Positions 26,113 to 39,280 of a DNA stretch of 64,000 bases are shown piece by piece. A program made the translations under genes and the position numbers. Each line of letters opens with the position of its first letter. Positions within the stretch are counted from its first letter, which is position 1. Origin of the DNA: Octopus sinensis (taxonomy: Eukaryota); contig NC_043006.1 in NCBI RefSeq assembly GCF_006345805.1, forward strand, positions 806,001 through 870,000. The letters run 5' to 3'. The notes beneath the pieces were generated by a model. The model ran no database searches, was not told the DNA's origin, and saw only the letters and a list, made by a program, of their open reading frames with translations.

Positions 26113-28322
26113 GTCTCTCCACACCGGACATAAACATGAAACACAAACACTTCATGTCCATAATACAAGCCATATGTGACAAATATGTCCAATGTGCAGG
26201 GCCAGCACACACAAGAACAAAAACAGGATCCCTAGAGAAAGGAGGATTCTTATGAGACGACGGACAAGGATTGCAAACCGCCTGAGCAAGCACACAAAAG
26301 TGGTGAGAAGTCTCGGCTCGAAAGAATGCTAATGGAAACTGAGAAAAGTCTACATCAGTCCCATGAAAAGGAGAGAGCAGATAAAGAAGCTTGTAATAGA
26401 AAATATAAAATCAACCCTAAAGCTTTCTTTAAGCTTGCCAAAGAGACAGCCACAGTGCACCAGAGAATAGGACCTCTCTTCCAAAAAGATGGCTCTCTCA
26501 CAGGAAATCCCACGAGGATAAGTGAAATACTGAACGAACAGTTTCCAAAGTGTGTTCACTACACCTCTAGGACACAGGCAAGTAAACAACCCAGAAGAAT
26601 TCTTTGCCACTTTACCAGCGGCCAAAGAGACAAAAATTGAGTACATCAACATCGAAGATGATGATATCACACTAGCCATTGATGAGATTGACACAAACTC
26701 AGCTGCTGGACCTGATGGATTCCCAGCGATCCTTCTCAAATCGTGCAAACGAGCCCTTGCAAAACCGCTACAGCTTCTTTTTCAGAGCTTTCTTGCAAGT
26801 GGTAAGCTCCCAGTCAAACTGAAAGAGGGGGTAATATGCCCTATCCATAAGGGAGGTAACAGAGCAGATGCTAAAAATTATAGGCCTATCTCTCTGACCT
26901 CACACATCAGCAAAGTCATTGAACGAATAGTCCGTAAGAAACTAATCATGTTCCTTGAAGAAAATGACTTACTGTCTGACACCCAGCATGGATTTCGACC
27001 AGGTAGAGGCTGCCTAACACAGCTCCTGCAACACTATGACTGGGTGTTGAAACAGCTACTAAATGGCTCAAATGTGGATGTAATATATCTCGACTTTGCA
27101 AAAGCCTTTGATAAGTCGACCATGGTATGATCTGTCACAAACTGCGTGGTCTCGGCATAGGCGGGAAACTTGGAGAGTGGCTGCACAACTCCTAAAAGAC
27201 AGAAAACAGGCAGTTGTGAGCAATGGAGCCACCTCCAAGGAACGCAAATAACAAGCGGTGTCCCACAGGGCACTGTCTTGGGGCCACTGATGTTCATAGT
27301 GGCCCTTTCAGACATGCCTTCAGTTGCTACGATGACCACCCTTGCTAGCTATGCAGATGACACAAAGTCTCCCACGCAATACAAACCCTGAAAATATTGC
27401 GCATCTGCAACATGAGCGGACACAATACAAGGTGGGCTGAGGACAACAACATGCAGTTTAATGCAGGTAAGTTCCAGGCCCTGCGCTACTGCACACAAAG
27501 GTAATGACGTGAAGACTGGATACACTGGCCCAGGAAGAATTGCAATCCCTGAGTCAAAATCAGTGCGTGACCTGGGCATTGACATGAGCAATGATGCATC
27601 TTTCCAAATGCATATTGCTAATCTGGTGATAAAATGCAGACGGCTAGCTGGATGGATTCTCCGAACTTTCAGAACAAGAGAGAAGGAGACACTGATGGTC
27701 CTATGGAAACATTCGTCCTTAACCGCTTGGACTACTGCTCCCAACTTTGGTCACCACACAATATAAAACAAACAGCAGAATCGAAGCACCTCAGAGAAGC
27801 TACACAAAGAAAATCGTCTCAATGCAAATGTCAGCTACTGGGAAAGACTGAAGGTATTAAACCTCTTCTCCCTGGAGCGGAGGCGGGAGAGATATGCAGT
27901 GATATACATCTGGAAAATCCTGGAGGGTCTTGTCCCAAACTTTGGGCATTCAAAGTTACTCCAACCGCAGAACGGGGCGCCGCTGCGTGGTGCCAAGGAT
28001 TCCAAACATCACCATCAAAATACAGGTCCAGATACTGCAAACAGCTTGGGTTTCAGAGGACCACAGCTCTTAACATCCTCCCTAAATGCCTGAGAGACTT
28101 ACATGGTGTGGATGTGGGTTTCTTTAAAACTAAACTGGATCTCTTCTTGTTGGGAGTCCCAGATGAACCTACCTCACGACAGGAGACACGGATGCGGGCA
28201 GCAGCATCGAACTCCCTTGTTGATCAAGTGCCACGTATCAGAGGTGGATTCACAAACTAGTGTAGCTTTCAGCGGTGGTGCCCCAGCATGGCCGCGGCCT
28301 TCGGGCTAAAACATTTTTAAGG
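26110..28322 (+). mobile_element. CR1/L2-type LINE ORF2 (reverse transcriptase), 5'-truncated, frameshifted
   Basis: AAGPDGFPAILLK, NYRPISLTSHISKVIERIV, QHGFRPGRGC, YLDFAKAFDK (ORF 26552-27130); SGVPQGTVLGPLMF, YADDTK (27170-27391); RLDYCSQLWSP. Flanked by (TA)n. Confidence 0.92.
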
Positions 28323-28392
<70 letters not shown>

Positions 28393-28422
28393 ATATATAT
28401 TATATACATACATACATATATA

Positions 28423-28576
28423 TTTTTCCTCTCCTTGTTTCTTTCTGTGTCCCTTTTCTGTAGAAGAGCGTAGGCTCGAAACGTTAAATACTTTTTAATT
28501 CCCGACCGTTATACTAATACATCTGTTTATATTTTACACCACCTGTCTTCTTCTTTTGTTTTTTTTCGTGAATTCT

Positions 28577-28580
<4 letters not shown>
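28423..28580 (+). mobile_element. Short non-autonomous Penelope-like (pLTR-type) element with hammerhead-like core
   Basis: TTT-CTGTAGA-A-GAGC-gtag-GCTC-GAAAC-GTT-AAA at ~28455-28488. Homologous to 36350-36500 (-), 51290-51465 (-), 56595-56752 (+) and the truncated 1137-1240 (-). Confidence 0.6.
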
Positions 28581-28613
<33 letters not shown>

Positions 28614-28618
28614 AATAC

Positions 28619-28656
<38 letters not shown>

Positions 28657-28674
28657 CATATCTATTATATATAT

Positions 28675-28721
<47 letters not shown>

Positions 28722-28765
28722 TTATATAATATCATATATATATATATATATATGATATATATATA

Positions 28766-28815
<50 letters not shown>

Positions 28816-28818
<3 letters not shown>

Positions 28819-29044
28819 GGGTTGGCCAAAGTCACCTGACAGTAAATCAAAACCATTTTATTCCAGATTTATTATGTTTAACAACTGAATGAATTTGATA
28901 AAATAAAAAAAATAAAATATGAGACATCATGAAATGGTCCAAACTGAAGTCTTTCTTGGGCGACACATTTTTCCATTTGAGTCAATACAGAATTACTGAT
29001 AGTATTTATGGAATTTGGATTACTGTCGAGTAACTTTTCGCCAA

Positions 29045-29049
<5 letters not shown>
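28816..29049. mobile_element. Mariner-derived MITE
   Basis: About 35-bp imperfect TIRs GAGGGTTGGCCAAAGTCACCTGACAGTAAATC / GATTACTGTCGAGTAACTTTTCGCCAACCCTC. Internal minus-strand MEKCVAQERLQFGPF resembles a mariner C-terminus. TA-rich flank. Confidence 0.7.
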
Positions 29050-29142
<93 letters not shown>

Positions 29143-29174
29143 CATACATACATACACATATATATATATGTGTA

Positions 29175-29570
29175 GGCACAGGAGCGGCTATAGGTACAGG
29201 AGTGGGTGAGTGGTAAGTAGCTTGCTTACCAACCACATTGTTCTGGGTTCAGTCCCACTGCGTGGCAGCTTCGGCAAGTGTCTTGTATTATAGCCTCGGA
29301 CCGACCAAAGCCTTGTGAATGGATTTGGTAGACGGAAACTGAAAGAAGCCTGTCGTACATATACATGTGTGTATCTGTGTGTGTCTGTTCACCCACCATC
29401 GCTTAACAACTGATGTTGGCGTGTCTACGTCCCCGTATCTTAGCGGTTCGGCAAAAGATACCGTTATAGTAAGTACTAAGCTTACAAAGAATAAATCCTA
29501 GAGTCGATTTCTTTGATTAAAGGCGGTGCTCCAGCATGGCCACAGTCAAATGACTAAAAGAAATAAAAGA
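29175..29570 (+). mobile_element. SINE family B, full-length copy with LINE-shared tail
   Basis: tRNA-like head (GAGTGGTAAG..GGTTCAGTCCC), central GGCAAGTGTCTT...GGTAGACGGAAACTGAAAGAAGCC, internal (GT)n, 3' GGCGGTGCTCCAGCATGGCCACAGTC. Confidence 0.85.
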
Positions 29571-29744
29571 ATATGTGTGTGTGTGCGTGTGTGCACATAT
29601 ATATATATGTATATACATATATACATACATGTATTTATGTGTGTGTGTGTGTGCATATATGTATATTAAGTTGATAAGAGAGCCAGAGATATGTAACTGC
29701 CATCATCGAAGGATGTTGCATTTGGGTAAGCTCCAAGTGCTTCA

Positions 29745-30428
29745 CAATTAAAATATTACATCAGTACACATTACAATATTACAACTGTATGCAATTACAA
29801 TATTATGTTTGTATTACGTCTGGACACATTACAATATTTGGTCTGTACATAATTACAGTGTTACGTTTGTACTGGAAAATCATCTGGCCTGAAGCTAAAA
29901 TATTTTGAATTTTTAAAAAATACTGTAAAGTATGCTTTCTCGAGACAAATATCTCAGTTTAGAAGTCTTACAACAGTGTATATGATCTAACTAGTTTGAA
30001 CTAGTATTGCTTCTGCCGTTAATAAAAGATTTTTATTCGGCATATCGGCTAAATACAAAGATGGTGACCTTTCAATCACTGTTTAACTACATCAGCAAGC
30101 AGCTGATTTCCACTTAGCACGCGGTGAATACTTGCTACTGATGAAGCTCAAAAAAGCAGAAATCTGGATTTAACATTGCCACTGTCGCTACTGATCGATT
30201 TTCGCTCTCTGCTTATATATTTCTGTGTTTTTTTCACCACTATAGGTCTACAACAGATGTTTTTTTGAGAGGAATACTGCAGGTTATAAAGCTTTCAACA
30301 GTATACATTTAAATATGATATACAGATCGCTAAGCTACTAGATAACTATAATATTACGCTTGTATAAAATACAATACTATGTTAGTACATAATTACAATA
30401 TTACATCAGTATATACTTTCAATATTGT
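29745..30428. repeat. Degenerate ~24-bp minisatellite (AATTACAATATTAC...GTAC), interrupted; resumes at ~31260-31410 and ~31645-31750
   Basis: Recurrent ATTACAATATTAC units read directly. Confidence 0.6.
30133..30175 (+). ncRNA. Minimal type I hammerhead-like motif
   Basis: TGCTA-CTGATGA-A-GCT-caaaaa-AGC-A-GAAA-TCTGGAT-T-TAACA. Intact CUGAUGA/GAAA core, one mismatch in stem I, near-palindromic stem III. Confidence 0.55.
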
Positions 30429-30709
30429 ATTCCACTGAATTTAGATAAATCATCCTCCGAACAGACGGTCAGTAGCGACGCCTGCTGGGTTCGGCTACTC
30501 TGCATTCATAAAGGGCAAATACCCTGAAACATGTCTGCAGGTGCCTGACCAGCAAGGGGAAGCGGCTGACATCCCCTGTTCGAAGGTTATAATGGACACA
30601 GGTTCGTGTGTCATATAGCTAGCTAGAGGTGATGGCCTCTTGCAGCTAATCTACGGCAGCTTTCGTCCTATATTTATGGACTGCCATATTAGCTTGGCGA
30701 TAACTATTA
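30429..30709 (+). mobile_element. 281-bp structured retrozyme-like insert with degenerate hammerhead, flanked by a 16-bp direct repeat
   Basis: ATACTTTCAATATTGT at 30413-30428 and 30710-30725. Nested long hairpin with CTGCA-ttcataa-AGGG-caaata-CCCT-GAAAC-AT-GTC-TGCAG at its apex, followed by further hairpins. Confidence 0.55.
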
Positions 30710-30724
30710 ATACTTTCAATATTG

Positions 30725-31250
30725 TTTTTACTTGTGTCAGTCAAAGACTGCAGTCATGTTGGGGCAACACCAGGAAGAGTTTTACCCGAACGCTCCCTGT
30801 ACTTCTTCTTTAAAGTTTGGTACTATTTTATCGGGCTCGTTTTGCCGAACCGCTTATGGGGACGTACACAAACAAGCACCGGTCGTCAAGCAGTAGAGAG
30901 GAACAAACACCCAACACACATACATTTGTAAACAAACACACACACACAGGCACAAAAACACACACGAACGAACACACACGCGCTCGCATACACACACGCA
31001 CACGCACACTCACACACACGCATACACACATGCATACATACACACGCACACTCACACACACGCATACACACATGCATACACACATATGTACAACAAGCGT
31101 CTTTCAATTCCTATCTATCAAATCTACTCACACGGCTTTGGTTGACCCGAAGCTATTGCAGTAGACACTTACTCAAGTTGCCATGTGGCGGGACTGAACC
31201 TAGAACCTTATAGTTGTGAAGCAGTGAAGCATATTTCTTACCATACGGTA
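30725..31250 (-). mobile_element. SINE family B, diverged full-length copy with expanded internal (CA)n
   Basis: Shares head and tail motifs with 29175-29570 in reverse. Confidence 0.7.
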
Positions 31251-31412
31251 GACAGTCATAATATTACGGCTATACACAATCACAACATTACATCTCTATG
31301 CAATTACGATATCGTATATACGTGAGAATCACAGAATTAAGTTTGTACATAATAGAATGTTTTATCAGAAAGACAGTACAGTTTTATGCCAATATATAAT
31401 TACAATTTTATA

Positions 31413-31643
31413 AGGCGGCGAACTGGCAGAAACGTTAGCACGCCGGGCGAAATGCGTAGCCGTATTTCGTCTGCCGTTACGTTCTGAGTTCAAATTCCGC
31501 CGAGGTCGACTTTGCCTTTCATCCTTTCGGGGTCGATAAAGTAAGTACCAGTTACGCACTGGGGTCGATGTAATCGACTTAATCCATTTGTCTGTCCTTG
31601 TTTGTCCCTTCTGTGTTTAGCCCCTTGTGGATAGTAAAGAAAT
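31413..31643 (+). mobile_element. SINE family A, full-length with 21-bp target-site duplication
   Basis: ATATATAATTACAATTTTATA at 31392-31412 and 31644-31664 flanks a complete copy. Confidence 0.9.
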
Positions 31644-32126
31644 ATATATAATTACAATTTTATATCTGTAAAGAGATTTCATATAGCAACTGTACTCAGT
31701 ACAATCTATGCATGCAATATTGCGAGCGTACACTATGCAATATCCCGTTCTATATCCAATTCGTCTTAATATAGAGAAATAGTTATAGAGGAGAAATATA
31801 GGTTGAAGTATATTCTCTTTCACACGAAACAATTGTTTTTGTTTTTTTTTTCATTTCGTCAACGTTGCTAACAGCAGAATGGATCAGCCAACTCGCTAAC
31901 ACCTCTCCTCTCTCTAAACATTAATAATGGATTGGATCGGACGCTTTGCCAACGTCCACCCATCATTATATATACATACGATTGTTGCTATTGGCAACCA
32001 AAGCGATAATATCCACTATCACTTCTGCTCTATTATCACCACCATCACTGCCACTGCTACCACCACCATCACCATCACAGATGCCATCATCAGCAAGACC
32101 GCCGCCGCCACCACCACCACCACCAC

Positions 32127-32158
<32 letters not shown>

Positions 32159-32389
32159 TCATAATCAACGGCATTCCTCCAGGTTTCTCAAACGATATAC
32201 GTGGGAAAAAAATTTCAATTCTTATTTCTGCCTTCGATATTTTTTTTCTTTTTATCGATCCTCTAATAGCGCTTCTTTTTATTTTATTCGTTCTCTCTTT
32301 GCTGCTTCACAAACACATAAAACACACGTACTTGCACACGCACGCACAAACACACACACAGCCGCGCACCCACACTTACGCATGTATAT

Positions 32390-32437
<48 letters not shown>

Positions 32438-32664
32438 TATATATATATCTATATATATATATACACACACAAATATATATATACACGTCATATGTACGCA
32501 CAAATGCATATTACATATGTATGTGCATAATTAATGCATATCTCTCTCTATTTCCGTCCTTCCTTCCTTCTTTCTTCCTTTCTTACTCTGTATATACAAT
32601 ACATGCATACATATATATAATACATTACACATATATATATAATATATATAACATACATATACGC

Positions 32665-32733
<69 letters not shown>

Positions 32734-32925
32734 ATATGTATATATATATATGCATACAAATATATACACGCAATATGTACGCACAAATGCATATATTATG
32801 CATGCGTATAACATCTCTATTTCCTTCCTTCCTTCCTTCCTTCTTTCTTCCTTTCTTACTCTGTGCATACATACACACACATACAAACACACACACACAC
32901 ATACACACACACACACATATATATA

Positions 32926-33940
32926 CAGGGTGCGTAAGGTATTTGAGGACATACATTTTTTGGATCATTGCTGTATTTTTTTACTAACTCTGTATAATCT
33001 TTGTTTCAGAAAATAGTAATGGCACACCCTCAGCTTACTCAAGAAATAAAGAGGCATGCTGTTATTGTGGTTATAAAGGCTGAGCAAAGCGATTTAGAAA
33101 TATCTCGATTTTTAAAAGTTGCCAGATCTTTCATCTACATAGTAAGGAGCTAGAGACTGAAGATGGAAATGTATCACCAGTATCAAAGCATAAAAAGCAT
33201 TCTAAATGCTTTGAAATCATCAGAACACCTGACTTTATCCAGCAAATTCAACAGATCATTGATTACAATTCTAGAAAGTCCATGAGGTCAATTACAAAAG
33301 ATCTCAATGTGTCAGAAAGAACAGTCAGAAATGTTGTCCATGAAGACATCAGATATAAGTCTTATATGATGAGGAAAGGTCAATTTGTCAGAAAGAGCAA
33401 AAGAAAATCATTACATAAGATCTAAAATGCTCTTAAACAAACTGAAAAATCCAGCAGAAAAGATTTGATTTGGTTTTTCTCAAATGAGAAAAACTTCGAC
33501 CAAGATCAAAAAGTTAAAAGAAGAAATGACAGATGGTTATGTGCAGACCATTCTGAAGTTCCAAGTGTTATGTATACAAAATTTCATACAACTGTCATGG
33601 TTTCAGATGTCAGCAATGAAGGACATGTGATGCCTCCTTACTTCTTTCCACAAGGAAACTCTGCCACCTACATTGAGGTCCTGGAAATAATTGTTAAGCC
33701 CTGGATAGACTATGTATGCAATAGAAGGCCATATGTGTTTCGGTAAGACTCTGCACTATCACACATGGCTCTAGTAAAACAGGAATGGATGGCTGAAAAT
33801 TTTCATGATCACATAATCCCTAACATTTGACCTCATAATTTCCCAGATCTCATTCCATTGGACTATTTCACGTGGAGCATTGTTGAGAGAGGTCAACGAA
33901 CACGCCCATAACACCGAAGATTCTTGAAAACTGCCATAGT
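32926..33940 (+). mobile_element. Tc1/mariner superfamily DD37D (maT-type) transposase pseudogene
   Basis: TA-CAGGGTG left end. ATG at ~33019 (MAHPQLTQEIKRHAV..HTH-like). WFFSNEKNFDQDQKVKRRNDRWL, GHVMPP, YVFR*DSALSH...FPDLIPLDY, with exactly 37 residues between the last two catalytic Asp positions. Stops and frameshifts present. Confidence 0.85.
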
Positions 33941-34283
33941 CAGGGAGAGGACAAACACAAACACACATACGTTTGTAAACAAACAAACGTGCTAACGATT
34001 CTAACGCCTTATATCTACAAAACAATAATGAAGCTATGGAATAAAAACTTCATCATACAATCAATTCCTTATGAGAGCATGTATGGCTGTGTGATTTAGG
34101 GAGTTCGTTTCACAACCTTGTGGTTCCATGTTCGTGTCTACTGTACGGCACTAAGAGTAAACGTCTCTTACAATACGCTCGGGTCGACCAATATTTGGTT
34201 GGAATTTGGTGGACGGTCATTTCAGACAAAATCCTTGATATTCGAGGTTTGAGTCCTTGTCCTGTTTGTATGACCAAACTTGA

Positions 34284-34315
<32 letters not shown>

Positions 34316-34331
34316 TGTGTGTGTGTGTGTA

Positions 34332-34373
<42 letters not shown>

Positions 34374-35587
34374 ATCGTTTTATATTAGCGTAGATAGTAT
34401 AAGCCCCAAACGAAGCACACACATAACAAACCCATATACGCGCGCACACACAAACACACACACACACAAAGGAACTTTACATTCGAAGCCCCTTTCATCG
34501 AGATGAAAATGTAATAGGTCGAAATCAACAATTTGTCCGTTAGGACCAGAAACATTTTGCGTTATTTTTCACCAATTGGGAAATTGGGATATAAAAACTG
34601 TCACATGACATACTCTAAAATATAGAAGGTAATTTATGATAATTTATGATTACTTCATACTTCTTTTTTGCAACTATAAATACTATTTTTTTTTTTATCT
34701 ATGACAATTTATTCTGGCAATGTGTCGTTTGGCAATTTGTTAATAAATTAACATTATTATACTTCATATTTGATAAAGAATCGATAAAAATCAGCGATCC
34801 AATAAGGTGCAGAATAGTACGGCGTGTAGAGTTCGTCTTCTTAAATAGCTAATTACTTTATACAGACATATGCTGAGTGACTGAAGAGAGTTCATACATC
34901 ATTCATGGAGAATATTCTTTCGTTCTCTCTCTCTTTCTTCCTTTCTTTCTCTCTCTCTTTCTTTCTTTCTTTTTAACTCAGATCTCTTTTTCACTTCAGT
35001 CTTACGTTCACTTCTTGGACTCTCATTACTCCCATCTGATCTTTGAAGTGTTTCAGAAAAAAGTTGTTGTTTTTCTTCCGTATTGTCATTATTGTTGTTG
35101 TTGTTGCTATCGTTGTTGTTGTAGTTATGTTCTTGTTGTTGTTATGTTTCTTATTGTTAATGAAGGCCTCTGTGTAGTTAGCAAATCCTTTTAAAGGAAA
35201 AAAAAAAGCGCTCAAATATCAACGATTAAATACGCATCTGAGAATAATGGCCTCAGGCATAGTTCTACAGTGAAGAACTTTACTTTGGGGCTATGTTATC
35301 GAATTCGATCTCCATTGCATGACACTCTGGGCAAATGACTTTTGCTTCAGTTTTGAGCTCACGCGCCCCTTGTCTTGTGCGCAGTGTTTGGTAAGCGGAA
35401 AAGAACAGAAGCCCAATGCGCGCGCATCTATGTGTGAGTGTGTGTATCTAAGTATATATCTGTATGCATGCATGTACGTATGTATGTATGTATGTATGTA
35501 TGTATGTATGTATGTATGTATGTATGTATGTATGTATGTATGTATGTATGTATGTACGTATGTATGTATGTATGTAGGTGTGTGTGT

Positions 35588-35930
35588 GAAGGCGCATGGC
35601 TCAGTGGTTAGAGCCTCGAGCGTACGATCGTGAGGTTGTGAGCTCGAATCCCGGACCGGGCTGCGCATTGTGTTCTTGAGCAAGACACTTTATTTCACGT
35701 TGCTCCAGTTCTCTCAGCTGTAGAAATGAGTTGTGACGTCACAGGTGTCAAACTGTATCAGCCCCTTTGCATTTCCCTTGGATAACACTGATAGCGTGAA
35801 GAGGGGAGGCCGGTATGCATAGGCGACTGCTGGTCTTCCATAATCAACCTTGCCCGGACTTGTGCCTGGGAGGGTAACTTTTTAGGTGCAATCCCATGGT
35901 CTGTGTCGTGACCGAAGGGGGTCTCAGAGG
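35588..35930 (+). mobile_element. tRNA-derived SINE family C (V/CORE-like central domain)
   Basis: A box TGGCTCAGTGGTTAGAGC, B box GCTCGAATCCC, TGTGTTCTTGAGCAAGACACTT. Related minus copy at 42550-42800. Confidence 0.8.
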
Positions 35931-36349
35931 CATGCATGCATGCATGTATGTATGTATGTATGTATGTATGTATGTATGTCAGGTCACTTTCGAATGCTAC
36001 TGGTAACATGTAACCCAGTACAACCTGTTGCATGGTCGAGTCACATGCACACACACCTGCGCGCACACACATGCACACACAAATGTATATGTATATATAC
36101 GAGTGAATGGACGAAAGAAAGAAGGCACACTCTTTCTCTCCTTCAAGGAGAAATCCTCTGTGCTCAGACCTGAAGAGGGCTGGACTCCGTCAAGTATAGA
36201 AATGCCCAAGACACGCTGTACCCCATCAAGGAGTTATATTCCCATTGCATGGCGACATACATACATACATACATACATACATACATGCATACATACATAC
36301 ATACATACATACATACATACATACATACATACATACATACATACATACA

Positions 36350-36500
36350 TAACGGGAAGCTTTATGAAAATAAACAAAAGACGAAGGCAGGTGGAAAACA
36401 AACGAACAATTGTATTAGTATGGCGCTCAGGAAATATAAATAAAACAATTCTTTAACGTTTCGAGCCTACGCTCTTCAACAGAAAGATACACAGAGAGAA
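36350..36500 (-). mobile_element. Short pLTR-type element with hammerhead-like core
   Basis: Minus strand TCTTT-CTGTTGA-A-GAGC-gtag-GCTC-GAAAC-GTT-AAAGA at ~36450-36487. Confidence 0.6.
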
Positions 36501-36690
36501 AAAAAACACAGAAAGAAAGAGAGAAAAAAAGGAGAGAAAAAAAAGGAGAGAAAAAAAAGGAGAGAAAAAAAAATGCGTGCAGTAGCTAACGAATCAACAT
36601 GGCGATACATACATACATACACCAACGAACTTCTCGCAAGCAAATACCAAATATCCTGAGTGCTAGTTTCTTTCGTTTGTTCCCTTCCTC

Positions 36691-36782
<92 letters not shown>

Positions 36783-37979
36783 CATACAGGTACACGCACA
36801 CGCATATACATAATGCTTTAACTAAAAAGTAAGACATGCACACACACACACACACACGCACACACATATATATACATGTATACATATATATATATATACT
36901 TATATATGTATGTATGTATTATATTATGTTAATTACCAGCAGTATAACTATGTGAGATCTCTCACTTGAAATACGTGCGCATATATGCTCGGCACATAAC
37001 AGGTGAATGAAACGACTTCATTAGCGGACAGCTTCTGAAATGCGAAATATGTGTATGAATGGATATTAACTCCTTTGGATTACGGGTTATCACAGTTCCC
37101 ATACATCAGATGTTACTCTAAAATCAATTATATCATCAAAAAGAATCAACTCGTCTAATTTAAAGTAACACTGAATAGGCTTTTGATAGATTTATTATCC
37201 ACTTCGAAAGATATCTTATGAAACCAGATGTGAACGATAAATTGGTTTTTATTTCTTAAGCCTGGGAAAGATATACAGTCGTCCGTAGCCGTGATGAAAA
37301 AGCGTGGTGTGAAATTGCTAGAGAGGAAGCTGAACATGGTCTTTCATACGATTCAAAAGTAAGAAATCTCATTACATTCATAAAGAACTAGCAGCAAAAA
37401 TATACGCAATGAACGGAGGTGATATCTTTGATATAGCAGACTCGAAAACATATTAATGAATTTGTCAGTCCTTTTAGAGAAATATCACACAGTGTGATTT
37501 TCCTATAGGGTTTGCAAAAGAGGCGATTAGAAATGCTGTCAGATAAGGACAAATATGAAGTAGTTTGCTATATAACCTGCCTTGTCTGCCTCATAAAACT
37601 AGGAAGCCCTTTACGTTGCACGATGCTATTTGTACACTCAAGATGGGTGAGCCCTCGACTAATCCTATGAACTGCATTACTATAATTGACCACATGTTGC
37701 TATTGTAGGAAGATCAACTTCATTTTATTGATCATTGGATATGCTGATATGTAAGGTAATAGCATTCATACAACCGTGGCAATAGTTTTGGTAACAGATA
37801 ATAAAAAAACATATCAATCTATGACTCCAATTCAATGACAGCTGACAAAGCTAACAATTCAAACAGGAACAAGAAAGGCCTTCTTTTTGAAATATTTATT
37901 ATGCTCTAACTATGAACAGTGATAAATTTTGTATTGTTAATTACTAAGTTTTCAACATCAGTGGAGATGTAGATAGGCT

Positions 37980-39260
37980 ATACTTCCCATGTGAGGACGG
38001 TGACCGTGGTTTCAAATCTGTATTGATGTCTTATGAAGCACGTATTGTGACATTGACACATCTTCACCAGAGAAAAGAGACCAGTAACTATCTTGCTCAA
38101 GTTTGTGACCCCGAAACTATCAACACAATTAGAATAGCTTATGAACTTGAAGAGAGGGAAGAAGTAAAAGCTGATACAGAGCCTTCCCCAAAGGGCATTG
38201 GTAAAATCTATTCATCAGAACAAAAGAGAAATAAATGGATAAGTTCACCGAGAAGATAGTATTTGGGTACTTGGCGAGTAAAACACAAACCATTGACAGG
38301 ATTGATCACGGTCAAAAGCTTAGCATGGAGTACTGACAACTTTATGACATACCTATTTCTTTACTACTCACAAGGGGCTATACATAGAAAGGACAAACAA
38401 GGACAGACAAACGGATTAAGTCGATTATGTCGACCCCCAGTGTGTAACTGGTACTTATTTAATCGACCCCTAAAGGATGAAATGCAAAGTCGACCTCGGC
38501 GGAATTTGAACTCTGAACGTAACGGCAGACGAAATACTGCTACGCATTTCGCCCGGCGTGGTAACGCTTCTGCCAGCTCGCCGCCTTAAGTGGTATGACT
38601 TTATGACATATCCCTTTAAAGGCTACATCCATGCAATTCTAGGACAAGAGATCCCCAAGAGGTACCTACAGCATAAAAGGCAGAAAATGGAGGCTTTGCA
38701 AGACCAAGAATGAAGACATCAACTACATTATTGCCAACTGTGAGAGAATGTCATCCAGCTACTGTCTTCCTACGAGGTACGAAACGGTAGCCAGAACAAT
38801 CTGGAACAGGATGACAAAAACGAAAACAGCTATAGACAAAGTTGACAATATTGAGACCGATGGGTTAAAAAAATATTAGTGGAACTTCAAAAGTTAAAAC
38901 AACAACTACCAAGTTAAAATACAATCGGTCATATATTATTGTGTGGGATCACAAAGAAAAGGTATGTTCTGTTGTGGAAATCAGCTGCCCCTGGACACCA
39001 TTGTGGTTAGAAAAATACAAGAGAAACAAGGCATCTATGGACGATTGATAAGGAATTTGCATATCCAGCATCTAAGATATCGTTTCAGCTTCATACCTAT
39101 TATTATTGGAGCAATAGGATACATACCAACCAGTCTGGAGCAAAATATGGCTGAACTTAGGATCTTGGGAAGAGAAGGGAAATCCTTAATTCATACGCTA
39201 CAAAGTGATCACAATACGTGGCACTATAAAAATCTGCGAAACCTTCTTAAGATTTAAAAG
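37980..39260 (+). mobile_element. Decayed Dong/R4-type LINE interrupted by a SINE A copy (38352-38587, minus)
   Basis: LPCEDGDRG (cf. LPRKxGGRG), NRSYIIVWDHKEKVCSVVEISCP (NRPD..E RLE motif), FIPIIIGAIGYIP (ORF 38943-39257). Confidence 0.7.
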
Positions 39261-39280
39261 TTAATGATTAAAACAAGATA

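Noticed and set aside
29745-30428. CRISPR-like array from recurring ATTACAATATTAC
   Set aside because: Units are degenerate and nearly contiguous, with no unique 30-40-bp spacers and no cas genes, in a eukaryotic context.
36168-36225. CTGAAGA-GGGC...GCCC-AAGAC hammerhead-like motif
   Set aside because: The GAAA box is broken and stem I is unconvincing.
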